Part shown: positions 9,719 through 17,920 of the stretch, piece by piece
Layout of the letters: the number at the start of each line of letters is the position of its first letter
Position numbering within the stretch: position 1 is the stretch's first letter
Assembly (NCBI GenBank): GCA_032128115.1
Contig: JAQBHB010000047.1
Span: 64,001-128,000 of the forward strand
Length of the DNA: 64,000 nucleotides
Source: Deltaproteobacteria bacterium
Lineage (GTDB): Bacteria; Myxococcota_A; UBA9160; SMWR01
Direction: 5' to 3'
The notes under the pieces: generated by a model
What the model was told of the DNA's origin: nothing
The model's input: only the letters and a program-made list of their open reading frames with translations
Databases searched by the model: none
Position numbers and translations under genes: made by a program

Positions 9719-10089
9719 GAGACACACACCCCGTGAAGGCTTCGATTCGATTTCTTTCGCTCGCCGTGGGCGTGGCCCTGGCGCTCGGAGTCGGGGGCGC
9801 CGCCCCGGCCCGTGCCGAGCCCGAGACCGGGGTTTCCCTCGTGATGGCGACCGATCCGGTGATGGGAACCGTGACGCTCGAGGGCGGGCGTGTCTACCGG
9901 GTGACCGCCTCCACCTGGATCCTCGATGCCAGTGGGCGCAAGCTGGGGCTCTCGCAGGTGCCCGTGGCCCACCGGGAGGGGCCCCTGGCGGTGATCTCCC
10001 CGGAGGCGACGGTTCGTTACGAGGCCGATGTGTCGGACTCGCGCCGGGTTCTCTACGGCATGCAGCTGGGCGATGCGCTCTCCCAGTAA
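9715..10089 (+). CDS. Small secreted protein in the PilY2 position
   Basis: Overlaps pilY1 stop; signal peptide ending ARA; beta-rich mature part. Confidence 0.6.
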   Translation: MRDTHPVKASIRFLSLAVGVALALGVGGAAPARAEPETGVSLVMATDPVMGTVTLEGGRVYRVTASTWILDASGRKLGLSQVPVAHREGPLAVISPEATVRYEADVSDSRRVLYGMQLGDALSQ

Positions 10090-10560
10090 CTACTTGCACT
10101 CGTAGGCTTCGGAGATGCGCGTGAGGCCGGCCACGACTCCGTCCCGGTCGTAGTCGAAGCGCCAGATCCCGGTCATGCCGGGAATCGGGGCCAGGGCCGA
10201 TTCGCCCCGCGCCGAGAGACTGCCCGATGTCTTGAGAGCCTCCGTGGCTGCCGACTGCAGGAGGGTGAGGGCGCTCGCCGAGTCCATGTCGGCCTTGAGC
10301 TCGCCGAGCATTCCGTTCGACTGCTCGATGGAGAAGTCGTTCTTCGCGAGCCAGGCCCGGGGCTGCACCGTGTAGCCGCGCTGGTAGTTCGGTACGAAAA
10401 CCACCTGGGTGGTTTCGCAGGTGACGACCAGCAACGCCTGTGGATCGTAGTAGCGGATGCCGGGACGTTCATTGTCGTCGTACGACACCGGGCGCACCTG
10501 GGTACTGGCGCAGCCCAGCGAGAGCAGAAGGGCTGTGAGGATCGCGTTTCGACTCGTCAT
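10090..10560 (-). CDS. Hypothetical lipoprotein
   Basis: ATG at 10560 overlapping the upstream stop (ATGA); MTSRNAILTALLLSLG|C lipobox. Confidence 0.7.
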   Translation of the reverse strand: MTSRNAILTALLLSLGCASTQVRPVSYDDNERPGIRYYDPQALLVVTCETTQVVFVPNYQRGYTVQPRAWLAKNDFSIEQSNGMLGELKADMDSASALTLLQSAATEALKTSGSLSARGESALAPIPGMTGIWRFDYDRDGVVAGLTRISEAYECK

Positions 10561-11855
10561 TTGCCCACGTACCCCATCAGTGTGTCGTGGAAGTGGCGGA
10601 TCCGCCGCTCGTGCTCCGCCAGCGTCAGTGTCTCGAAGGCGCGCGAGCGCATGCCGGCCTGGATGCCAGGCAGGTTGTGCATGTCTTCGTCGAGCACGTT
10701 GCCGCCGGGCGTCATGTCGGCGATCCGGAATTCCTTCGAATCGTGGTGCTCGTGCTCGGGCCGAGGCACGTCGAATCCGCGCAGCCACACGAAGTTCAGG
10801 AAGTCGAAATACATGCGGTTCGGGTCGCTCTCGTGGGGGCGGTGCCGGAAGAGCCAGAAGCCGCGGGCGTGGATGTTGAGGGTGATGTTGGGGAAGATCG
10901 TGTAGTGGAGATCGTCCACCAGCTGTGAGTCGTGGAGATCGTCGAAGTCGATTCCCTGGAGGGAGCCCATTTTTTGCCGCATGGAGCGGATCAGCGCTTC
11001 GCGCACGTCGGACGCCACGCCCTGGAAGCCGTCGGGATCCACGCCGTGGGTCCGCATCACGGTCTCGCGCAGGCTCCGGGAGAGGGTCTCCCGATCGGCG
11101 AGCCGGGGGCTGATGGATCCGATCTTGTAGATGAAGCGCGAGTGGCGGTCGTAGCAGTCGATCTGCACGTCTACGTCATCGGAGTAGCTGAGCAGGTCCG
11201 GGTGGGTGGCCTGGACGTGATAGACCTCGTTGAAGGCATCGACGCAGGTCTTCCAGTTGCAGGCGATCTCCAGCGTGACGTCGCCCACGATCGTCTGCTC
11301 GTCGAAGTGATAGGCGTCCAGGTGTTCGGGAACCACGCCCAGGTATTCGCGCAGGGGCGTGGCGTCGGGGTCCAGATTGACCCACAGGAAGCCTCCCCAG
11401 GTGTCGCAGCGCACCGGGCGCAGTCCCCGGGTCGCAGGGTCGAGCCCGTTGAAGCGCTCGGCATCGGTCACGGTTACAAGGCTTCCGTCGCGCCCGTAGA
11501 CCCAGCCGTGGAAGAGACAGCGGAAGAGAGCGGCGTTGCCGCGTCCGGGCTCCACCAGGCGATTGCCCCGGTGCTGACACACGTTGTAGTGGGCGCGCAC
11601 GCTGCCATCGGGCTGTCGCACCATCAGGATCGATTCCGGCCCGATCTCGAACGTGGCGTAGTCGCCGGGCTCCGGCAGATCCGACTCCCGCGCGGCCAGT
11701 AGCCACGTGCGCGTCCAGACCCCCTCCCACTCTCGCTGCATGAATTCGGGCGAGGTGTATCGGGTCTTGGGGATGGGGCCGCTGCCGTAGGCCGGCTCGG
11801 GCGCCTTCTCGAGCGGGGTGCGCGGGCGGGAGGTGGATTGCCGCTCTGACGTCAT
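10557..11855 (-). CDS. Rieske non-heme iron ring-hydroxylating oxygenase alpha subunit
   Basis: CQHRG..CLFHGW Rieske motif; NWK..DAFNEVYHVQATH iron ligands; EDMHN. Confidence 0.92.
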   Translation of the reverse strand: MTSERQSTSRPRTPLEKAPEPAYGSGPIPKTRYTSPEFMQREWEGVWTRTWLLAARESDLPEPGDYATFEIGPESILMVRQPDGSVRAHYNVCQHRGNRLVEPGRGNAALFRCLFHGWVYGRDGSLVTVTDAERFNGLDPATRGLRPVRCDTWGGFLWVNLDPDATPLREYLGVVPEHLDAYHFDEQTIVGDVTLEIACNWKTCVDAFNEVYHVQATHPDLLSYSDDVDVQIDCYDRHSRFIYKIGSISPRLADRETLSRSLRETVMRTHGVDPDGFQGVASDVREALIRSMRQKMGSLQGIDFDDLHDSQLVDDLHYTIFPNITLNIHARGFWLFRHRPHESDPNRMYFDFLNFVWLRGFDVPRPEHEHHDSKEFRIADMTPGGNVLDEDMHNLPGIQAGMRSRAFETLTLAEHERRIRHFHDTLMGYVGK

Positions 11856-11874
11856 GCGCCCATCCTATCCCGGG

Positions 11875-12204
11875 TCAGTGGCTGCGGTCCTTGTTCGGCG
11901 CGTAGATTCCATCTCGCAACTCGCCGAACAGGTTCGAGACCTTGGGGTGTCTCACGGGCTCGCCGGTCTCGTCGGGCAGTAGATTCTGCTCGGATACGTA
12001 GGCCACGTAGTAGGTGGTTTCGCGCTCGGCCAGCAGGTGATAATAGGGCTGGTCCTTGTGGGGCCGGATCTCCTCGGGGATCGACTGCCACCACTCCTCG
12101 GTGTTGTTGAAGGTCGGATCCACGTCCACCACCACGCCGCGAAAAGGAAAGAAGCGGTGGCGAACGACCTGACCGATCATGTATTTGGCATCGCGATCCA
12201 GCAA
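11875..12204 (-). CDS. hspQ: Heat shock protein HspQ (YccV-like); TTG start chosen
   Basis: AKYMIGQVVRHRFFPFRGVVVDVDP..RPHKDQPYYHLLAE..YVAYVSEQNL, at the C-terminal end of ORF 11875..14247. Confidence 0.9.
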   Translation of the reverse strand: MLDRDAKYMIGQVVRHRFFPFRGVVVDVDPTFNNTEEWWQSIPEEIRPHKDQPYYHLLAERETTYYVAYVSEQNLLPDETGEPVRHPKVSNLFGELRDGIYAPNKDRSH

Positions 12205-12317
12205 GGGAACTCTCGATTGCGGACAATCTACCAGATGCGCGCCGAGGTGGCTCTTGGAGTACCTGGAGTGTACGCCCTCGAGCAGGGAAGCGGCGCCGTA
12301 GGGTTTCGCCCGGCGCG

Positions 12318-14273
12318 TCAGTCCGGCAGCGTGTACGCGATCACGTAGTCGCCGAGCCGGGATTCCAGGCCCACGTGGCCGCCCGGTGCGATCACCAGGA
12401 ACTGCTTGCCGTCGCGGCGCAGCTTGTAGCTGATGGGACCTGCGTGGAGGCCGGCGGGCAGGTCGAAAGTGGTGATCAGCGCGCCGGTGTCCGAATCGTG
12501 GGCGCGCAATCGCAGCTCCGGTGTGCCGGCGTGGAAGACCAGTCCGCCGGCGGTGACCAGAGGCGGGCCGAAGCCGGCGAGCCCCGGTAGGCCGTCGATT
12601 CCCGAAGTGGAGGGCGCCGTCCAGCGGATCTCGCCAGCGTTCAGATCCAGCGCCACCAGGCTTCCCCAGGGCGGTTTGTTGCAGGGCACGCCTTCGTGGG
12701 CCAGGAGCGTCCGACCGTTCAGGGGCGAGAGCCAGTAGCGATGGCCCGTTCCGCGTCCGGTCAGGGCGAACCAGATGCCGCGTAGACCGCCGCGCATGGG
12801 CTGGGCGTCGTCGTTCTCGATCGAGGCCGAGATTTTTTTGAGCCGGATCACGTGCGCCAGATTGTTCACGGGTATGTAGAGCCAGCCGCGGGTGGGGTCG
12901 TAGCCGGCCCCGGACCAGTTGGCGCCTCCGGCGGAGTAGGGATAGAGCACGGAGCCTTCCACGCTGGGTGGCGTGAACAGCCCCTCGTTGCGCAGCTTGC
13001 CCAGGGCCTCGCGGCAGGCCTCCCGGTGCCCGGGGGTCGGCGCGTAGAGATCGTCTTCCGAGAGCGTCTGGCGGGTCAGCGGCGGGGGCGCGAGAGGAAT
13101 GGGCTGGGTGGGCGACGTCTTTTCGCCCGGGATGTCGCTCGCCGGGAAGGGCACCTCTTCCACGGGAAACAGCGGCTCGCCGGTCGTGCGGTCGAGCACG
13201 AAGACGAAGCCGTGCTTGGTGGCCTGGGCCACGGCGTCGATCGTGCGGCCGTCGCGGCGGGCGCGCACCAGGATGGGCGGCGCCGCCAGGTCGTAGTCCC
13301 ACAGATCGTGATGGACCGTCTGGAAGTGCCACAACAGCTTGCCGGTGCGCGCCTCGAGTGCCACGACAGAATCGGAGTAGAGGTTGGAGCCGGGACGATC
13401 GCCGCCGTAGAAGTCGGGACTCGGCGTGCTCACGGGAAGGAACACCCAGCCGCGACCCACGTCGGCGGTGATGGTGGACCACACGTTCACGCCGCCCACC
13501 CGCCGCTCGGAGCCATTCTCCCAGGATTCGAAGCCGGGCTCGCCCTCGTGGGGAATCGTGTGAAAGGTCCACAGGATCTTTCCCGTGCGCACATCGAAGG
13601 CACGCACGTCCCCCGGCGGAGCCTCGGGTCGGATCGTGTCGGCGATGGAAGAGCCCACCACGATCGCGTTGCGCACCACCGTTCCCGGGGAGGTAAGGTT
13701 GTACTCCCAGGGATCTGCCAGGGGTTCGATTCCCTCCAGCAGGTTGACCGTGCCCTCGTTGCCGAAGTCGGGGCAGGGTGTGCCGGTGGCCGCGTCCAGG
13801 GCGATCAGACGCGCGTCCAGGGTCGTGAGCAGCACGCGCCGGGTGCAGGGGCCCGTGCGCCGCCGGTCGCGCCAGTAGGCCACGCCGCGGCTGATGATCA
13901 TGTTGGCGTACATGCGCGAGAGATCCAGCTGCGGGTCGTAGGTCCAGAGCTCGGCGCCCGTCTCCGGATCCAACGCGATCACCCGGTTGTAGGGCGTGGT
14001 GAAGATCAGGCGACCGTCCACCACGATGGGCGTGGCCTCGAAGGCGGTGCCCTTGTTGGTCCGCGTGGGGAAGGGCCCCTCGCGCTGGTCGCTGTGGCGA
14101 TAGGTCCAGGCCACTTCCAGATCCGCCACGTTCCCGCGGTGGATCTCGGTCAAGGGCGAGTAGCGCCCGCCCCCGGGCCAGCCCTCGCTGAAGGGCCAAT
14201 CGGCGGTGTCGGCCTGCGCCGCGCCGGCGCACGCCACCAGCGCGCAACCGACCCAGAGTCGGATCCGGCTCAA
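12318..14273 (-). CDS. PQQ-dependent dehydrogenase (glucose/quinate/shikimate family, with signal peptide)
   Basis: Signal peptide ending AQA; RYSPL, FEATP, SRGVAYW, WHFQTVHHDLWDYD, GGANW, PCNKPPWG; AAAGAGGT RBS before TTG at 14273. Confidence 0.9.
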   Translation of the reverse strand: MSRIRLWVGCALVACAGAAQADTADWPFSEGWPGGGRYSPLTEIHRGNVADLEVAWTYRHSDQREGPFPTRTNKGTAFEATPIVVDGRLIFTTPYNRVIALDPETGAELWTYDPQLDLSRMYANMIISRGVAYWRDRRRTGPCTRRVLLTTLDARLIALDAATGTPCPDFGNEGTVNLLEGIEPLADPWEYNLTSPGTVVRNAIVVGSSIADTIRPEAPPGDVRAFDVRTGKILWTFHTIPHEGEPGFESWENGSERRVGGVNVWSTITADVGRGWVFLPVSTPSPDFYGGDRPGSNLYSDSVVALEARTGKLLWHFQTVHHDLWDYDLAAPPILVRARRDGRTIDAVAQATKHGFVFVLDRTTGEPLFPVEEVPFPASDIPGEKTSPTQPIPLAPPPLTRQTLSEDDLYAPTPGHREACREALGKLRNEGLFTPPSVEGSVLYPYSAGGANWSGAGYDPTRGWLYIPVNNLAHVIRLKKISASIENDDAQPMRGGLRGIWFALTGRGTGHRYWLSPLNGRTLLAHEGVPCNKPPWGSLVALDLNAGEIRWTAPSTSGIDGLPGLAGFGPPLVTAGGLVFHAGTPELRLRAHDSDTGALITTFDLPAGLHAGPISYKLRRDGKQFLVIAPGGHVGLESRLGDYVIAYTLPD

Positions 14274-14292
14274 ACGGACCTCTTTCGGAGGG

Positions 14293-15474
14293 TCAGTCGC
14301 AGGGGGCGTACTTTCGGAGCGGAATGTCGTAGAGGCGGCTCCAGTTTTCACCCACGATCCGCTTCTGGCTTTCCTCGGAGATCGGCAGCTTCGTGAACGT
14401 CTTGACCGAGTGGGGATACTTGGAGTCGCCGTGGGGATAGTCGGTGGAGAACACCAGGTTCTCGTCGCCGAACCACTCGATGTACTGGCGCGCAGGCTCC
14501 TCGTCGGACTCGACCGAGAGAAAGCAGTTGCGACGGAAGTATTCGGAGGGCTTCCGGGTCAGGTCGCGGGCCTCGTGGTGGCCCACCCATTCGAAGTGTT
14601 CGTCCAGGCGGTGGAAGAGCCACGGGGCCCAGGAGCAATTGCCCTCCAGCAGGGCCACGCGCAGGTCCGGGAACCGCTCGAGCACACCTCCGGACGTCAG
14701 GCTGACGGCCGTGGCCATGATGCCCAGGGGTTGCGAGAACGTGTGCCACATCATCAGCTTGTCGAAAACCTCGAGCGAGAAGTCCGGGGTGAGATAGTTC
14801 TGGCCGCCGCCGTGGAAGGCGATGGGGATTCCCAGGCGTTCGCACTCGGCCCACAGCGGGTCATAGATCGGGTGGTGCCAGGGGCGCCGGTTCACGCACC
14901 CGGGAGACAGGAACACGCTCTTGAAGCCATACTCCTCCACGCAGCGCCGGGTCTCGGCCACGGCCGCGGCCACGTCGTGGGGCGCCACCATGCCCGCTCC
15001 GTACATGCGATCCGGCGCGAAGCTCACGAAGTCGTGCAGCCAGTCGTTGTAGGCCCGGGCGATCGCCGCCGCGTAATCGGGCTCGAGGCCGTCGTTGCCC
15101 ATCATCTCGACGCTGTCGATCCCGAGCACGAACAGCCCACGCGAGGGGAAGAGCACGGCCAGGTCGAGCCCTTCGGCGTCCATGGCCGCCACCTGCGAGG
15201 CCGAATCCCAGCTCGCGGCCTCGGCCGCGGAATACACATCGTCATGATCCTGGCGCCAGCCGGTGGCCGCCTGGCCGTCCCGGGGGCGCGGTCGCACGGC
15301 GCCGCCTCGCAGCACCACCCGCGACTTCACGCGCACCCGCATATCGCGGCGCCACTCAGAGAGGCCCACGGGGGCGGCGTGCCGGAAGGCCGGGTCGATG
15401 TAGCGCTGCCACAGATCCGGCGGCTCCATCACGTGCAGGTCGCTGTCGGCGATTACTCCATCCCTGAGCGACAC
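14293..15474 (-). CDS. Amidohydrolase-2 family protein
   Basis: DSDLHVMEP, RAYNDWL, FHGG, LERFPDLRVALLE, FSTDYPHGD; GGAGGT RBS before GTG at 15474. Confidence 0.9.
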   Translation of the reverse strand: MSLRDGVIADSDLHVMEPPDLWQRYIDPAFRHAAPVGLSEWRRDMRVRVKSRVVLRGGAVRPRPRDGQAATGWRQDHDDVYSAAEAASWDSASQVAAMDAEGLDLAVLFPSRGLFVLGIDSVEMMGNDGLEPDYAAAIARAYNDWLHDFVSFAPDRMYGAGMVAPHDVAAAVAETRRCVEEYGFKSVFLSPGCVNRRPWHHPIYDPLWAECERLGIPIAFHGGGQNYLTPDFSLEVFDKLMMWHTFSQPLGIMATAVSLTSGGVLERFPDLRVALLEGNCSWAPWLFHRLDEHFEWVGHHEARDLTRKPSEYFRRNCFLSVESDEEPARQYIEWFGDENLVFSTDYPHGDSKYPHSVKTFTKLPISEESQKRIVGENWSRLYDIPLRKYAPCD

Positions 15475-15635
15475 GGGCACCTCCGGAGGCGGATCGAGGC
15501 CCCGTGGATATATCACGAATCCGCCCCCTGGGACGCGATCCCCACGGGGACTCAGTGGGGGAACCAGGGCTTGCAAGCGGGGCGCGGTGGGACCACGCTC
15601 CCGGGTTGCGCAGGGAGCGCGCGAAACCCCATACC

Positions 15636-17510
15636 ATGACGGAACGGAAAGGCATCGCGGGAGGGCCGCGCTCGTTTGCTACGGGCGCTGCATCGGTGGC
15701 AAGGGACTTGGCGCCCTTGCGCTCGCACCCTTCCGCGCCGGCGGCCGAGGATCCGCCGGAGTGGCACGCCACACCGCTGATCCCGGAGCGGTACACGATC
15801 CGCGACAGCGAAGAGGGCCGCTTCCTCCACTGCGATGAGGCGCCCCGGGTCCGCGTGAGCGTCGAGCGCAGCCACGCCTTCTCCGAGGCAGAGGCACGCG
15901 AGCTGGGCAAGCGGGTGATCCTGCTTGACGGGGCGGGAACCTTCCCGCCACTGCTCGACAACAAGGCCGCGGTCTACAACCTGGACCACCACGCGGGCTG
16001 CGAACGCACCTTCACGTTGGCCACCTGCGAGCAGGCGCTGCTGGTGGTGCATGGCGGGCTGGCACTGTCCGAAGGCGACTGGACTGTCTACGCCAACGAG
16101 CCGGATCTGGACACGGTGCTCGCCATCTGGTGCCTGCTCAACTACCAGCGCCTTCCCGAACTGAGCGATCGCTCGCGCAATGTGCTGATTCCCATGATTC
16201 GCCTGGAGGGTGCCATCGACGCCAACGGTACCGAGCTGGCCAAGTTGTGCGGGCTGTCGGATTCGGTGCGGGCCGAGACCGGGCGGCGCATCGACGGCCT
16301 GATTTCGCGGGAACGCGCCGTCAAGTCGGCCGGTGAATGGAACAAGGTCGACGTGCTGGAGTTCACGCTTGCGGTGCTGAACGACACGGATCGCCTGGTC
16401 TACAGCCCCAACGACTTCAGCGAATACGTCAGCGTCAAGGAGGTGTACGGTCACGTCGAAATCGCCAAGCGTCGCGTTGCGGTGGTGTGTCGAGACGAAG
16501 CGGGTATCTACGAGGTGGAGCAGAATCTCCAGAAGCGCTGGGGCGAGCAGCTGGGCATCGTGGCCCTGGAAAAGGAGCCCAACCACTACACGCTTCGGCG
16601 GCCGGCGCCGATCTCGGAGCTCGACCTGAGCGAGGCCTACGCCAAGCTCAACCTGTTGGATCCCGCCGTCGACGGACGTCCCCCGAACAAGCGCTGGGGC
16701 GGCTCGGCACAGATCGGGGGCTCTCCCCGGCCCTCCGGAACGCGCTTGAGCCCGGGAGAGCTGCTCAAGATCCTGCGCCTGGCGTATCACAAGCCCACGG
16801 CGCTCTCGAGCCTCGGCCACGCGGTGCTCGCTTTCGTGATCGGAATGGGTCTGCTGGTGGTGCCCGGGGTGATCGCCCTGGTGTGGAGCATCCTCCCGGA
16901 ACTCGAGTTGGCGCCGGCGATGGCCGATGCGGCCCGACTTTCGACCTTCTCCGGATTGGTGGCGCTCATGACCTGGATCCTGGCGAGGGGCCTCTCCGAT
17001 GGTCGTGTCTGGCTCTTCGGCATGCGCCGGCCGGTGTGGGGACGCTGGTTGCTGCTCTCGCCCGTGGCCCTGTTGGCGGCGATCCCGGCCCGCGCCTGGG
17101 TGCCGCAGGAGCTGTCTCTGGATCCGGCTGCGGCGGCCGGGGCCGCGGGTTCGTTGCTGCTCACTGCCTTCGCCGTGGAGTTCTGGTTCCGCGGCCTCGT
17201 CCACGGAACCATGCTCCTCGACACACCGATCCAGAGACCCGGCGGGCGCTGGTTCCTGTCGCGCGCGGCGCTGGTTTCGAGCGTCGTCTATGCCCTCGCC
17301 ACACTCGGGGCCACCGCGCCGTGGATGATGGTGGCGCCAGTCGAGGCGGTGGGCCTACCGGACGAGATCGCCATCGTGTTCGGCTGCTCGCTGCTGGCGG
17401 GGCTGACCCTGGCCATCATGCGCGAGCGCTCGCTCAGCCTGTGGCCGGGTGTCGGGGTGCAGCTGCTGGCGGGCCTGGCCAGCGCCGCCACCTGGTTCTG
17501 GCTGGCCTGA
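15636..17510 (+). CDS. DHH-like soluble domain fused to a degenerate CPBP/Abi intramembrane domain (start uncertain)
   Basis: NLDHH, NEPDLD and WGG..IGGSPR in the N-terminal part; about 7 TM helices with VEFWFRG and RERSLSLWP CPBP-like motifs. Confidence 0.65.
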   Translation: MTERKGIAGGPRSFATGAASVARDLAPLRSHPSAPAAEDPPEWHATPLIPERYTIRDSEEGRFLHCDEAPRVRVSVERSHAFSEAEARELGKRVILLDGAGTFPPLLDNKAAVYNLDHHAGCERTFTLATCEQALLVVHGGLALSEGDWTVYANEPDLDTVLAIWCLLNYQRLPELSDRSRNVLIPMIRLEGAIDANGTELAKLCGLSDSVRAETGRRIDGLISRERAVKSAGEWNKVDVLEFTLAVLNDTDRLVYSPNDFSEYVSVKEVYGHVEIAKRRVAVVCRDEAGIYEVEQNLQKRWGEQLGIVALEKEPNHYTLRRPAPISELDLSEAYAKLNLLDPAVDGRPPNKRWGGSAQIGGSPRPSGTRLSPGELLKILRLAYHKPTALSSLGHAVLAFVIGMGLLVVPGVIALVWSILPELELAPAMADAARLSTFSGLVALMTWILARGLSDGRVWLFGMRRPVWGRWLLLSPVALLAAIPARAWVPQELSLDPAAAAGAAGSLLLTAFAVEFWFRGLVHGTMLLDTPIQRPGGRWFLSRAALVSSVVYALATLGATAPWMMVAPVEAVGLPDEIAIVFGCSLLAGLTLAIMRERSLSLWPGVGVQLLAGLASAATWFWLA

Positions 17511-17517
17511 GGCCTCT

Positions 17518-17871
17518 TCAGCGGCGACGGGTTTTCACGTGGACGCCCAGGTCGGGAGCCACGTCCACCTGGACCGAGTAGCCGGCGACCGGGCCGAATC
17601 GGCCCTGCTGCGCCACTTCGTGGATCTCGGCATCGGCGGCGAACGTGAGTCCCAGCCCTGATTCGCCCCGGGGCAGCACTTGAAGAAGCACCCGCTCGCC
17701 AGCTCCGATCCGCGGGATGGTCTCCAGGAAACCGGCGCCCCACACGATGACGCTCTCGAGCGTCCGGTCCGATCGGTTGTGGATCCAGACCGTCGAGTTC
17801 CGCGGCGGCGCAACTGCCAGGATTGCGGCGATCAACGCGGCCAGGAGCGACGGAAGCAGCCATCGGGTCAT
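17518..17871 (-). CDS. Small hypothetical protein with N-terminal membrane anchor or signal peptide
   Basis: MTRWLLPSLLAALIAAILAVA followed by a beta-rich domain; fills the gap between neighbours. Confidence 0.55.
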   Translation of the reverse strand: MTRWLLPSLLAALIAAILAVAPPRNSTVWIHNRSDRTLESVIVWGAGFLETIPRIGAGERVLLQVLPRGESGLGLTFAADAEIHEVAQQGRFGPVAGYSVQVDVAPDLGVHVKTRRR

Positions 17872-17920
17872 CACCGGAAACAGGATAGCGGCGAGTGCCG
17901 GCCACGGGGCGGTGGTGTAT

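Noticed and set aside
6461..10099. 1212-aa minus-strand ORF and other long antisense ORFs (e.g. 23737..26688, 19705..21648, 58307..60040)
   Set aside because: Shadows of real genes in high-GC DNA; no motifs
11875..14247. 790-aa ORF ending in HspQ, suggesting a fusion
   Set aside because: The upstream part is an alternative frame of the PQQ dehydrogenase; only the last ~109 aa are HspQ
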